This document shows positions 1 through 13,247 of a DNA stretch of 64,000 bases, piece after piece; the stretch's first letter is position 1, and the number at the start of each line of letters is the position of its first letter. Source of the stretch: Lingula anatina (lineage: Eukaryota; Animalia; Brachiopoda). Where the stretch lies: the NCBI GenBank assembly GCA_051362555.1, contig CM120649.1:13950001-14014000 (forward strand). Reading direction: 5' to 3'. A program made the translations under genes and the position numbers. The notes beneath the pieces are model-generated. The model searched no databases. It had not been told where the DNA came from and saw only the letters and a list, made by a program, of their open reading frames with translations.

Positions 1-1128
1 CGTTCCAGGGCACATCATGTACCTCAAAGAAGGCGATCCTCTTGCTAATGAAGGGCAGATAGTGTCAGCAAAATCGGCCACTCCATGGATTGGAGGAGAT
101 GCTGAAAATTACTGTATTCAGTTTTACTTGTACACGTATGGCTTCAAAAACGAAGTGAATTGCACAGTTTATGTAATAACGGTAGGTAAGCCTCCTGGCT
201 CCATTAAAAACATTTTAGTCAGGCTCCTTGGCTAAGTACATAATTACCAAGGTTACGTGGTCACATGGGCACATCTTACCCTATCAAGAGCAGTGTAACA
301 GCACTCTCATGGAAATCCTTGTCAAATAATCCAAGGAACTGTCTTAAGTTTTTAGCAACTTTCAATAAAGATTGTTTATTTATTTATTTCTGAATAATGT
401 TTATTGTACCCACGAACGCAAAAAGCATCCAGTCTATATCTCTGCATCAAGGAGTTACAACAGTTGTAACTCCTTGTCTGCATTTAGTGGGGAAATCCCT
501 TTGCGCGCGCATACAATTTCCAGTGTGCTCATTCTTCCTCTCTCGTTCTTTCGATCACATGCGCATCATCGTAATTCTAGTACGTATTAAAACATAGTTC
601 CTTTTTTTTAAATGATTACATACCTGACAGGCGGACCATCCCCCGTATGTACTGATAGGTGTTACCGAGTTTACCCCACCTTATTCCACGTCGTATACAA
701 ATTATTTAGTCAAACAGTGGTTCAACTGGCCCCCGGTAGACACAAATATCAGTCATTCGGAGCCTTTCCAGGTGAGCATTGCTAATTTGTGTATTATTGC
801 TTATATTTCTAACACCCGGCCAGCGTTTGGTTAACTTACATTATTTGAATGATATTTATAAACCGTGAAATCGTAAACTCGTCTATTCACAATCAATTGA
901 AAATTATGTACATGTATAATGTTGAAAAGAATGTGAACATAAAATTGAGAAATTGTACGATTATATTATATTATATTATATTATATTATATTATATTATA
1001 TTATATTATATTATATTTGGTCTCTAGATAAGATTATAAATCAATCGTCAGAAATAAATACTGCGACAAAATAGGCACTTTTTCTTCTTTCAATTCAATC
1101 CCGACACAGAAAGATGCATGCATTAACA

Positions 1129-1183
<55 letters not shown>

Positions 1184-4100
1184 ACGTGCACTGAAATTTA
1201 TTGCTAATGAATCCGTTGTATAGTTGTCTACTGTATAATTGAGTGATAATTATTATTTACTATTTTAAAGTTACTCTTCGAAGGTCAGATTAACGGCGAC
1301 ACTACTGACGAAAGATACATTGCGGCTATAGATGAAGTCTTGGTAACACCCGGACTCTGTGCTAATGGTGAGTGAATTTTTTTTCTTTTTTTTTTTTTTT
1401 TTTTTTTTGTCAAGACCACCTGCTCAACGAACCCATCTCTGAATGGATTACATGTATGCCACCATTTCTTTTCACCAATACCGTTCAACATGCCAAGACC
1501 TTAAATGACCGCATTCAGAACAGAGAACTTACTAGTCCGAGGGTCAAATATGGCGACCCACTACAAAGCTTACCGTCTTATTCGCTAATAGACACTGAAT
1601 AGATTCCCCGTCTAGAAGTATTCAAGTGGGACGGCCGTATTTGACCCTCGGACTAGTTAGTGCACTTTTCTGAATGCGTAACTTCTCTTCTGTTGGTACG
1701 TTGTCTTCAGCACGCACTTTCAACTTCGCCTGCCTTTTACGTATTAGTCCAGGAAATTGGTGAAAAATTGTGCATTTTTTACCTACAAGCATGAAATTTG
1801 GCACACTTATGGACAATAAAATTCTAAGCAAATTTGGATATATGGGCATGTCTGAAAATTCCAAAATGGCCGTCAAATCCAATATGGCCACCAAAATACC
1901 TTTTCAAATTAAAACCCCAAGTACATAGTCTTCTAATGACTTAAAATATCATATAAAGGTTAGAAAACACCATGGTATGAATCCTTCAGGTGTATTAAAT
2001 CCAAAATGGCCGCCAAAAGTAAAAAAAGCAGACCATTTATTCAAGATATCCATTTGAATGGGGAATTCATCAAGCACTTAAAACTACAAGCATAAAATTT
2101 GGCAGGTTTGTGGAAAATGAAATTCTGAGCAAGTTTGGATGTATGGGCATATCCGAAAATTTAAAAATGGCCTTCAAATCCAAGATGGCCTCCAAAAATA
2201 TGGCTTCTAATTAAAACTTCAAGTATATAGTCTTTTAAGGGCGTAAATATCATACAAAGGTTAAAAAACACCACGGTATGAATTCAGAATCAATATTTGC
2301 TTTTTTAGGTGTATTAAATCCAAAATGGCCGCCAATAGTAAAAAGCACTCTACTAATCCAAGATATCCAGCAGAGTGGTTAATTCATCAAAAACTACAAG
2401 CATGGCATTTGGTACAGTTGTAAAACAGGATTCCAAGCACTTTTGGATGTATGAGCATGTCTAAAAATTTCAATATATGGCCCCCAAATCCAATATAGCC
2501 GACACAAATACCCGTTCAAATTAAAACTTCAAGTATATATAATCATATAATAACTTAAAATAACATTTTATGGTTAGACAAGACTATGGTATGCATGAAG
2601 TATCAATATTTGATTCTTTAAGTGTATAGAAATCCAAAATGGCCTCCAAAAAAAGGAAAAACAGGCCACTCACAGCAGCAGTATGGTGAATTCATCATGC
2701 ACTTAAAACTACAAGCATGAAAATTGGCTCAATTGTACAGAACAGGATTCTAAGCAATTTGTTATATAGGGACATGTCTGAATATTCTAATATGGCCACT
2801 AAAACCCTTTTAAAGTAAAAAAGACTACTATATAATCTGACTGACAACAGTCTTTACTCTTTTTTGGTTTTTCGCTCCTTTAGTTACATTTAGACCCAAA
2901 TGACCATAAAAAATGGAACAGGACTCCTTTTGGTCTAGTTGTGACACCACATGTAGCAATTCTATAAATGTCAAGGACATGAAAATGTCAAGGTATTTTC
3001 ACAAATAAGTTTCAAATTAACGAAAGTTATTTTATCAAGTAAGTGTTGCACATTTTATGGGCGGTCAACCTTTTACTTTAGTAAATGGACAATATCTCAA
3101 CAGAGGATAACAGCTAGCTACACCGAAATTTCTACTTATTTGGTTAAATAATTTTCATTCATTAATGTGTGCCTAGCTTTACTAGTAGTTGTGTTTCCCT
3201 CAGCTTTCCCAGTATTTCCTTAAAGCTAAAGCTTCTACATGTAATCCACTTTCCCCAACAAAATACCAAGAGGCATTGGTCGTTTTTAACACCAGAAAGC
3301 ATCAGTTTACATGCATGAGGGTCAATAGGAATATGAAAGTGTGGTAGGGCATAGTAGTAGATGTAGGTTACTAGTGTGAACCCTTATAGGACCAGTCTTC
3401 CAATGCTTCTGACTCAGTTTACATGCATGACGGTCCATAGGAACATGAAAGTGTGGAAGGGCATATTAGTAGATGTAGGTTACTAGTGTGAACCCTTATA
3501 GCACCAGTCTTCCAATGCTTCTGACTCCCCTCACCACAGTTAGCAACTGCACACATAACTACAAACAGATGTGGTAGGAGCTACCTGGTAGATTTTGTAA
3601 GCTGGGTAAGTGAATACTCCTCATGGCTTCAGTCTGGATTGTCCCACAGAGACAATGATGCCGGAAATCTCATGAATGTTTACCTTTCAAAGTCCATATT
3701 GCACTAATTTCTTGGTGTAATCCTCAGAATACATCGTTTTTTGAAGTTTTGTATGTATTAACTGTCTGAAGGATTTTAATTCTTTTATTTTCATGTTCAG
3801 TTTTTTGAAAGTATAAGTTTGTAACTAAACAAGTTGCCAAATGATCAAATGAAAACCAAAGTTTGGCGCCTATAGATCAGTGCTTCTTTTTTAGTGCACG
3901 AAGTGTGAAGTCTGCAATGCAACTCTTGGATACAGCACGTATCAACACCTGCCCTCTGTTTGGGGTACAGGTATTTCTTTGCTCATAAATTTTCACTAAA
4001 TTCTCGGTAGCCATTACTGCGAATGTACTAAAGCCAATTTTTTAAATAAGAAGCTTTTCTAATTTACTTTTGAAGCACAAAATAACATCATAACATTATC

Positions 4101-6968
4101 GAGTGCAAATGTGCCCCGCTTTTAGTACTTTACCAATGAAAAACACCAAATTGTTGAGACCTGTATGTTTGATTAGCTGTCATTTTTGTTATATTTATGA
4201 GCATTTGATGAAGCGCCATGCACTGATCTAGCTGAAGAATCATAACCAACAGACAAAATTGGTACACCCCAAGTTTTTTATATTTGCCTCTTTAAGGCTA
4301 AGTTATTCTGGTGTTTCTTTCACATTTTATGGATTTTGCACGATACTTTTTTTTCTTAGAAAGGGGGAGTCACTCATGAGTGCCATATAAGAAGATTGCT
4401 AACTGGGAATTGATCTAAATGAGAATCCAGAGCAAAAAGTCAAACTACTTATGTTGGTTTATCAAAAGAAGGACTTTTTTCAGTACATAATAAATGTATC
4501 ATGCTTGATGGTTTTTTAAAAACTCTGTAGAATAGCTCCTGCACAGGTAGGCATATGCTGATTATACAGGTAGTTTGCAAAGCCCACATGCCTATTCCCG
4601 AGTGATTACAATTCAAAAGTTGTGGTCTGCTGACTTTTGGAGGCCATTTTGGAATTTTAAAACCTTAAGTGGCAGATACTGATACTTCATACATACAATG
4701 GTATTTTCTAACCATTAAATGATATTTTTTATAAAAGACTATACAAATAACTTTCACCTTGAAAGGGTATTTTGGGGGCAATATTGAAATTGGCTGCCAT
4801 ATTGGAATTTTCAGACATGCCCCTATATCCAAAGTTGCTTAGAATCATGTTCTACATAACTGTGCCAATTTTTATGCTTGTAATTGTAAGTGCTTGATGA
4901 TTTTACAAAACTGCTGGACATTTTGCGTAAGTAAACTGCTTATTTTACTTTTAGAGGCCATTTTGGAATTCTATACACCTGTATAAGCGGATATTGATAA
5001 TTCATTCATAGCATGATATTTTCCAGCTAAAAAATGATATTCTAAACCATTTTAGGACTATATATTAGATGTTTTAATTTAAAAGAGTATTTGTGGCGGC
5101 CATATTGGATTTGGCGGCCATACTGGAATTTTCAGACATGCCCATATATCCAAAAAAGCTTAGAATTCTATCATCTACAACTGTGGCAAATTTCATGCTT
5201 GTAGGTAAAAAACGCACAATTCACCCTTTTTTCTGCACCAATTTCTTGGACTATATAGCCTAAGTAACGTTTTAAAGAAATATGTTTGTTGTTGTTTTTT
5301 ACTTTAGTAGGGGGCCTACTTGAAAAGGCAGACAAGCAAAAAATCGGGCACTTTTTATGTATTTTAGTTGATCTTAATAATTGCGATTCAATGCACTCGT
5401 CTTCTGACGTCAATTTTGACGTATGCATATGAAATTATCATAGGTACAACATACATACATACATACATAAATACATACATACATGCATACATGCATACAG
5501 AACCAAAACATTTCATTACAAATGGCAGAAAGCACCGAGCTCATTACATTGACGTGTTGAGCAACGACTGTTTATTTAATGAAATTTTGGTGGGGAATTA
5601 CCGAATAGGTTCCCTTTAAGGGAGTGATTTGACGTCAGTAGAACGGCATGTTTCACATTCATAGTAACAACGCGAACTTTGCTGTGTAGACAACTTGCTG
5701 GCTGCACTAAGACGGCCAATTCAAGTGACTGGGCCATTGGCCTTACCACAGAAAATGAAACGCATGCTTTACCGGAAGTAGACACGACACTGCGACCTGC
5801 AAAATGGGTTAACCGCGTCATTATCTGTGGAAGTTGAATATACAGGAAAGTCAACGTCAGCAAGTCAACGTCACCACTATTCCACTTGCTTACACTTTCA
5901 GAGCTGTTTTGCGATTTTGATGACGGGTACTGCGGTTATGACTTAGTAGTAAAGGACCAGCTTATATGGGATGTTATTCGAGCTCCTAATGAATTTTTCC
6001 CACACACTGATCATTCCGTTTCAGGTAAGGCAAAAAAAAAAAATAATAATAATAAAATTAATAAATGAATAAAATAAAATAAAATAAATGCGTAAAGAAA
6101 CAGTAGTATGAAAACCACATGTTTATTTCAATTAATATGTGGTGTCCCTTTTTTCACTACGTTAGTCGGCGTGGTTACTCTGTAATAGTCTCTGTTATTT
6201 GTGTATTGCCGCAAAACATTTGCTTATATCTTGGACGATCCCTTTAACGTTTAAACGTAACGTTTTCCTTTTGGAATTTAGGATTAGGCGGAAGATTATC
6301 GTTTGACTGTACTATGAAGCATTTCGGTGGGTCAGGCAACCTTACCAGTCTTCCATACGCCATTCAGGATACGAACACAGGTAAACTACTTTTGGAATCT
6401 TTGATCTAGAGTGACTGTCACATTACTTTAAACAAAACCATAGCGAAACAACCGCGAAAATTGTGCATATATATGTAGGTGCCAGTTTGCGTAAATGTAT
6501 CCGTTTTGATTTCATTATTGATAAACGGTATGTCTTAGGTCATTTACGCCTTAATGATATTAACACAGGTAAAACTAGCAGGTTCTTGTTCATTTTACAT
6601 CGGCAGTTATTTTCACATTGAAGGCATAAGCACATCAAATATTTGTTACAATTATGTTTATATGCTGCGAGTGACAGTGTATTCATAAATATTGTTCTGA
6701 TTCCATCATTGCAATACTGTATTTCCTAGGTCATTTACATATATCCACGGAAGATTTCCCGTGGTGTATTCAGTTTTGGATGGCTGTGAACGAAGACAAC
6801 GAGGTCACGATTGAACTGTTTGCCGTGGCAAATGATGACAGTGTCTTACTATGGACACACACAGGTGCGTTTTCCTTTTCTGTACGAAATATAGGTAGTA
6901 AAAGTATTTCTTCTAGACACTTGTCTCCAATAAAAGCTTTTCCATATGCAATTGAAGTAAAATGCTTA

Positions 6969-7024
<56 letters not shown>

Positions 7025-8365
7025 TGAAAAGATTATTTTAATTATTATGTAAGTGTTTGTAAAAATTCGTTCCTTCAATATTTCTTTATTTTTTCATATC
7101 ATGTACCAGGGAGTACTCCACAACATCAGAGTGATCCTTACACTTTCTTTGAGGTACCCATCCCTAGGGGCGTGTATCTAATCCAGTTCAAGGCCACTTG
7201 TCCATATTCTGCATTCACAATCCCCGGGAGAAATTTCTTGGCCATGGACGAAATCGCCATCGCTCAAAAGAAGTGCACAGCTAAACGTAATTATAAGCGC
7301 ACACATGTATATTGTATTATGTTTATTGCATAAAGCAGAACTAACAGTAAGTCTTTGTTGAAATTACGTCGTCTTAATTGAGTTGTTCCGATCTCTGTGT
7401 TCTCGTCTTATCTTTTTTTTTTTTTTTTTGGATCGTACAAAGCATACATCTTGTAAGTAAAACACATCACAGTAGCAACCAATGCTATGGTTTCACTGTT
7501 TAAAATAATATATATCAACTTACATTGAAAGCTTTTCAGTAATGATGAATCCACATAATTCTGCCCCAAACTGAATATCTCATGTAACTACATGTAAATA
7601 CCACCTTAAAGGTAAACTCTATAGGTTTGAAAGTCCCCCAAATGCTTATTTTTTGCCATGCACAGCTTCTTATAAAACCTTATATACACCTTAAAATAAA
7701 TATTTTTACCTGATGTTGATCAATACTTCCATCGCAACTAAGGAAGATGGTCGCTGGCTACAATGACTGCCCAGTCATTTTGAACTAAATCAGCCTTTAT
7801 AAATTTAATTAAATTTTGAATCCAAGTTCAAAGGGGGTAAGATAAATGATTCGTGAGTACAAGAAGATTGCTGATTTCCATGGGAAATCCATTTCGGCGG
7901 GAAAATCCTACCCTCTACCAGATTGATTTTCCACAGATATTCACAGATATGTCTCTAGATAAATGGACAGTCATTTTGGTCTGATGTCAGCTTCAGCCAA
8001 AATGTCCATAATAATAACTGCGGTCCTGGTAGAGGGTAGTAAAACCCCATGGAGTTACCCCTTAAGGAAAAAAGTCATCAGCAAGCCCGTCGTATTCTAA
8101 AATATGTCAAGAGTAACCTATCAAATCCAATTAATTATTTTTAGCCACAACCTCTTTACCCGCTACATCGCAAGAAAATTCAGAGATCACAACGGAACAA
8201 GAACTCACCACCACCGCCACCACACAGAAGACGCGTCCATTTTTGAACTTCTTCCTCGTGAGTGCAGCAAGGAGGGAAGATTTCTGGGATTCCTATACTA
8301 TCGTTGCACTGTGTGTGCTGGTACTGGCGGAGCGGTACATATGGAAAGGCGTTCTAGTTGCTTAA
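1..8365 (+). CDS. MAM-domain-containing cell-surface protein (5'-partial; at least 2 MAM domains, Thr-rich stalk, hydrophobic C-terminus, probably GPI-anchored)
   Basis: Phase-consistent GT-AG exons at <1-181, 631-771, 1271-1367, 5902-6024, 6282-6380, 6730-6864, 7110-7286 and 8145-8365. MAM hallmarks: YCIQFYLY, FQLLFEG...AAIDEVLVTPGLC, CDFDDGYCGY, PHTDHS, WCIQFWM, LAMDEIAIAQKKC. The last exon encodes PTTSLPATSQ...TTTATT...SAARR...TIVALCVLVLA...VLVA*. Confidence 0.85.
195..365. mobile_element. Degenerate MITE copy (same family as 9895-10072)
   Basis: Shares the core ccttggctaag...cacatcttaccctatca.gag.agtgtaacagcactctcatggaaatcct...ccaaggaactg.cttaagttttt with the better-preserved copy at 9895-10072. 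Confidence 0.65.
960..1016. repeat. (TTATA)n microsatellite
   Basis: Direct tandem array of the 5-mer. Confidence 0.9.
1507..1678. mobile_element. Hairpin-forming MITE (family with related copies near 22320, 52040 and 56335)
   Basis: Inverted arms cgcattcagaa...actagtccgagggtcaaata.ggc and gccgtatttgaccctcggactagt...ttctgaatgcg. The internal core (cccact.aaaagctt...aatagacactgaa.agatt) recurs elsewhere in the window. Confidence 0.75.
1745..5253. mobile_element. Non-autonomous Academ-like DNA transposon with long composite TIRs, inside an intron of the MAM gene
   Basis: Termini are TAGTCCAGGAAATTGGTG... and ...CACCAATTTCTTGGACTA. A 3-bp TSD (TAT) lies at 1742-1744 and 5254-5256. About 300-bp subterminal units (ctacaagcatgaaatttggc...aaatccaa.atggc) occur about 4 times on the left and inverted about 2 times on the right. 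No intact internal ORF. The superfamily is inferred from the TAG..CTA termini and 3-bp TSD. Confidence 0.8.
6971..7022. repeat. (AT)n microsatellite
   Basis: Direct dinucleotide run. Confidence 0.9.
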
Positions 8366-8784
8366 ATGATCGGAACGAACAGAGGGAGAAGGCCTTTTAT
8401 GTGATATCAATCTACAATGACGCGGCTATGTCCGTGGGTAAACTGGTTTTACTCGACTTTAGTCCATGTCCTTCGATGTCGTTTCTAACCATATCCGTAA
8501 TTGCGAGTGTACTTCTGTAAACTTATATATTTGTTTTTAAAAAGTCTAAATTAACTAATACTGAAGGCCGCTAACCACACTGAATGTGCCAATTTTTCGT
8601 AAGTCGTCAGTGAAAAGCTTAACTCTTTGTGTTTGTAGAACAATTTCCACTTTTTTACCAACAGAAAGGCCTCTAGTGCGGGTAATAAGGCTTATTTGAC
8701 CTTATCCTTATCCTTATCGTAGGGACAGGTTTGTCTGCTGGAAAGTACTCCCTAGCGCTCCCCTTCCTTTCCTATTACAGTTAC

Positions 8785-8953
8785 CAGGCCCGTAACCAGC
8801 AAAGTCAAAAGGGGGGTTCTTTTTCTGAAAAAGTGGACCTTTTATAATGAAACTTTTGTGTACCTAGATCAAATTGCACCCAGAATGGACCTTTTTCTGA
8901 CAAAAAGGGCGGTTCTTTCGAACCCCCCCCCCAACCCCCCTGGTTCCGGCCTG
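8785..8953. mobile_element. Short non-autonomous DNA element with CAGGCCCGTAACCAG-type termini (relatives near 12150-12310, 30052-30250, 35010-35970)
   Basis: Termini are caggcccgtaaccag and ctggttccggcctg. The internal ggggttcttttctgaaaaa motif and poly-C tract are shared with 30052-30250. Confidence 0.6.
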
Positions 8954-9894
8954 GTTAGAGTTCAGGTCACAAGATGTGTCTATTTGACTGCTCCTGTTGG
9001 CTGATCAAAGCACAACATTGATAAGAAAAAAGTTACAGTCGAATTGTATGAGTCATGGCATAATGGCAAGGAATTTTATGTTTGTGGACAAAAATGTAAT
9101 TACTTTTAGAAATTTGGGGGTTATACCACTCCATATATTTAACACTCGCAAAAATGGAATTTCCGAACGTATTTCCAGTCAAGAACTTATGGACTAGTTT
9201 AGATATGACACGTGTTAAGGTGCAAAATATGTTCTAATAATGGACCCCCAATGATTGATAAAACGAGGGCAGGAGGGCGCAGCATTACTTTTACAAAGAC
9301 CCCGTGATACTGATCTGTCTCTGTTGAAATATAATGCAGACACTTTATTAGGGTGGTGTGACGTTTATAGCTATTGTCCCCCTGCTACTTTTTGTGTGAA
9401 AAATCAAGCAGCTTTTTCATTTTCTTAAGCAATTTATTAACAGATATTGGACAATTAAGATTCAGCACCGCTATTGCACGTCATCCTTTTTTTATTTAAA
9501 CTCCTAAAAAGTTGAAAAGGAAAAGGAAAAACTCGTTGCCATCAAAGATTTAAATTCTACTTTAGGTAACAGGTCATTGTGACAACGTGCCATTTTTGCG
9601 TCACTTGAATCAGAAATTTGTTAATGATGTGTTCTGTTTTTCAATAAACAAATTTGAAAGTTAATCAAGAAAGAGGTTTTAATTTTGGGCACAAGTCTCT
9701 GAGGTTGTATTTATTCAAGAGCTGAGACCCAAAGACTTTACTATCGAGTGTTTACTGAAAGACTAATTTTGCCAGTTGTTTGAGAGAAGTTTTGTTATTA
9801 TATTACAATCGAGGTGCATTTTGGTCATGTTAAGTTTTATTGTCATTTGTAGTGTATTTTGTAATGTTAAGTCACACGGGAGACAGATGTTCTG

Positions 9895-10072
9895 GCCCCA
9901 GTTTCACAAAAAAGCTTAAGTCAGGTTCCTTGGCTAAGAACTTAATTACCATTGTTACATGGTAACATGATCACATCTTACCCTATCAGGAGTAGTGTAA
10001 CAGCACTCTCATGGAAATCCTAGTCAACTAAGCCAAGGAACTGACTTAAGTTTTTTAGTGGAACTTGGGCCT
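9895..10072. mobile_element. MITE with ~35-bp TIRs (PIF/Harbinger-like GGCCC termini)
   Basis: ggccccagtttcacaaaaaagcttaagtcaggttccttggct pairs with agccaaggaactgacttaagttttttagtggaacttgggcc. A second copy lies at 195-365. Confidence 0.7.
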
Positions 10073-10095
10073 GGAGAGAACTGTAGATTAAAGTA

Positions 10096-10333
10096 CACAC
10101 ACTGGACAATAGAAGTGTCACCCTACTGAACCAATACTTTGGGGGAGATAAATGACTGTGGAATGATATGCTCCTGGTATCATTTCATTAACATCAAATT
10201 TCACAAAAAGACCAACGATACAATCCCATCGTACAGCGGTTTTATACTCATTAGTCACATTATAAGTAGACCAGGCATTATAACTTTGATTACTCTGATT
10301 CAGGGGGGTGACACTTCTATTGTCCAGTGTGTG
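10096..10333. mobile_element. Tc1/mariner-type MITE with TA TSD
   Basis: ta|cacacactggacaatagaagtgtcaccc ... gggtgacacttctattgtccagtgtgtg|ta; near-perfect 28-bp TIRs flanked by TA. Confidence 0.8.
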
Positions 10334-10555
10334 TATAGTCAGAGATGCCACCACATGTGGGAAATGTGAGGTTTTATCTTTTACACTGTACTATTATCTC
10401 TTTTAATATCTTAAAATATTAACTGTCCATATATTTATTAACATTGTACTACACATTTTCATATCTTAATATCTTAACTGCCTATTTATTTATTTGTTGA
10501 CTTTATTCGTCTTATTCATTTTACCCATGGAAAGTGTACTGAACATTTTATATGG

Positions 10556-10591
<36 letters not shown>

Positions 10592-11361
10592 ATAAAGCAT
10601 GTGGATAAAGGAATAACACTGGTACATGGTGTAATAAAAGAAAATAGTTGAACACCATATGTGTTTATTTAACTCAACTACTGACAAAACAAGAACACTG
10701 TACAGCAACAAATCATAAGAGACACATTAAAAAAATAGGATTTAATCCAAAATGTTTTTTTCAATTTTTGACTTTTATGTATTCATATAAGTACCGGTAA
10801 GTGAGTTGTATTGGTGGTGACGTTATCAAATAGCCACCAATAATAAATTTTGTAATCTTAGCATTGAAATTATACTTGTGTGCCCATAAGTATGATTATT
10901 ATTTTGTGTATTAGAAAGCTTAACTGCTGGCAGCAGTGTGCTTTTAATTACTATTCATTATTTTGTAGCATTTGATTTATTGCATTCAATGATGGTTTTT
11001 CTTTATTACATTCACCTTACGTTTCTTTAAACTTTGAAAAAATAAGTTGCAGCAAATCTGACTGCCATAAATTTTAGATACCAAAGTACTCTTTTCTTCA
11101 ATGCTACACATTTCTTAAGACCTTGAAAATAAAACAGTGAAAAGTAAAAAGAAACAAATTCAAAATGTTTTTTCTCTAAAAACTTTACTTCAATCCAAGA
11201 AACTTAACATGTCCAACATCCTTGTGTCCTTGTTAATACCTCCGTTTTCATTAACAAACAGCCAGGTCATATTCGCCATGACCTGCGACGGTGTCCAGAT
11301 TTTCACATTCATTAGCTGTTTTGTCCAACTGAGTCGTAGCATGGACCCCATTTCCATAGAT

Positions 11362-11529
11362 TTTAGATAGACCTATCCCTGTGGGGAGTCTCACTAGATT
11401 ACTGTCAGCTTAGCCGGCTTAAGCGTCTGTCCCGCCTACTAAAAGCTGTAAGGGGGTAATTAAGTATGGTGCGCGCTCGACTGACTGCAAATTTAGCGTG
11501 AACCCCCAGGGAGTTAGGTCGATCTAAAT
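11362..11529. mobile_element. Degenerate inverted-repeat element (MITE)
   Basis: tttagatagacctatccctgtgggg pairs imperfectly with ccccagggagttaggtcgatctaaa. Confidence 0.5.
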
Positions 11530-11855
11530 CTTAATCTCTGGATTGATCTAAATCTCTGGGAATGCACCCCATATGGACAGAGTCTTCCCACTACTCAAGA
11601 TCCATATGCATGCCTTACACTGTAGGGAGGAATGGTGGTTCGTAATTTGCCCTGCAGGGTGTTGTCTAGTGATCTGTTATTGGCGAGAACGCTGTGTGCC
11701 GCCCCTACCCCCCCCCCCAAAAAAAAAAAAAGAAGAAGAAGAAAAGACGCACTTTCTGAACTTTTAACTTAAGTAAAGAATATATTCAACCCATTTCCCA
11801 CATATCCAATAATAGCGTTTTGTCTCCATTGACATATGTTGCAGCCACTTTGTCT

Positions 11856-13207
11856 CTATAAGTTTGGCGTCAAGTTGAAACAATTCTTTTCCATGTGTGT
11901 ACAAGTAGTTTGCTCTTTCAGGCGTGTCTTATCGAGTAGCTTTTTCATTTTCTTGTACAACTTCAGCAGATATATCAAACAGCCTAGAATTAGTGCTGAG
12001 AATGCACACGCCAACCGACCTTCCCATTTGGACTCTGAAAAAGCTGAAAAAGAAAAACAAAAACCAAAGTGTCATCATACTGTACATGCGTGTTAAATTA
12101 TAATTATTTTTCTCTTAAATATGTCATTTGAAACCCAACCTTAGACCCATAGACAGGGAGTTAAGGGGTTTGACAGAACAACCCATTTTCCCGGAAAAGA
12201 TCCGCTGTAGCCGAGTCATAACGTTGGACCCTTTAAAATAAGCACATTGGTTTTGCAGTAAAAAGTTCCCGTTTTTCAGAGAAGGAAAACCGCCATGTGA
12301 AATAGCTGGCTAAAGGTCATACCTATATGAGGTACCGGTATTACTCCTATAGTAAGGGTTCCAAAAGTTTCAAGTCTCATATAAAAAATAATACGCCAAT
12401 TCGAAATAGCATGTCCTTTTGTACTGTCAACTATTATTACATTTCTGCATTGTTCTTTTAATAATTTGATATGAGAATTGGTTGAGCCTGGGTCTCATTG
12501 TCATGCAACAATACGGGGCATAGTTTTACATACCTTTTCCTTTGGAATTATCCAGTTTCTTCTTTTTTGCGTTCTCCATTGATCCCTTGCGGACGGATCC
12601 TGGTGGAATTTCTGGCCGCAACGAACCAGGAATGATGTTTGTATTTGCATCACGGGGTGCAATAAGCAACTGAAAGTTGGGTAATAAAGGTGCAAGAAAG
12701 CCACCAGGGGCATTTCTTGTTGATGGGGCAAAGAAAGGGGAGGGTGTCATAGGTTGCCTTCCAGAGGTCGCCACAGGTCCTATGGGTATAAAAGGTGCAA
12801 AAAAGCCACCAATCGGACCTCTGGTTGTTGATTGTGCAGAGAACGGAAAGGATGTCGCGGGGGGACGTCCAGAGGTTGCCACAGGTCCTGTTGTACCTGA
12901 TCCGGTAGCAGGGACAATGAAGATAAAAGTCTTTCCGGGAAGTCCAGGTCGTCCGGTCGGGCCTATTGGGCCGGGTACGCCAGAGTTTCCTTTGGCGCCT
13001 TTCATTCCCATCATGCCTTTCATCCCAATCACACTTCCGGTGTTACCCGGTAGGCCCTTCATGCCCTTGTTTCCTAGTATTCAAAGATCACAAAATAAAT
13101 ACAACAAGCATTACTTCAATCGTTCTTCTTATTTAAATGAATTATCATTAGGATAACCTTGTGGCTTCGAACCTGATCAATCAAATGAAAAATTGGCAGT
13201 TTATAAA

Positions 13208-13247
<40 letters not shown>

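Noticed and set aside
2830-4620. Possible relic transposase motifs inside the Academ-like element (CDTT on +, GLHVE on -)
   Set aside because: The motifs are short, on opposite strands and surrounded by stops, so they cannot support a CDS or pseudogene call.
8104-8520. 138-aa plus-strand ORF
   Set aside because: Wrong frame. The spliced terminal MAM exon reads in another frame and stops at 8365.
12677-13156. Plus-strand 159-aa Pro/Gly-rich ORF
   Set aside because: Antisense shadow of the collagen-like exon 12534-13073.
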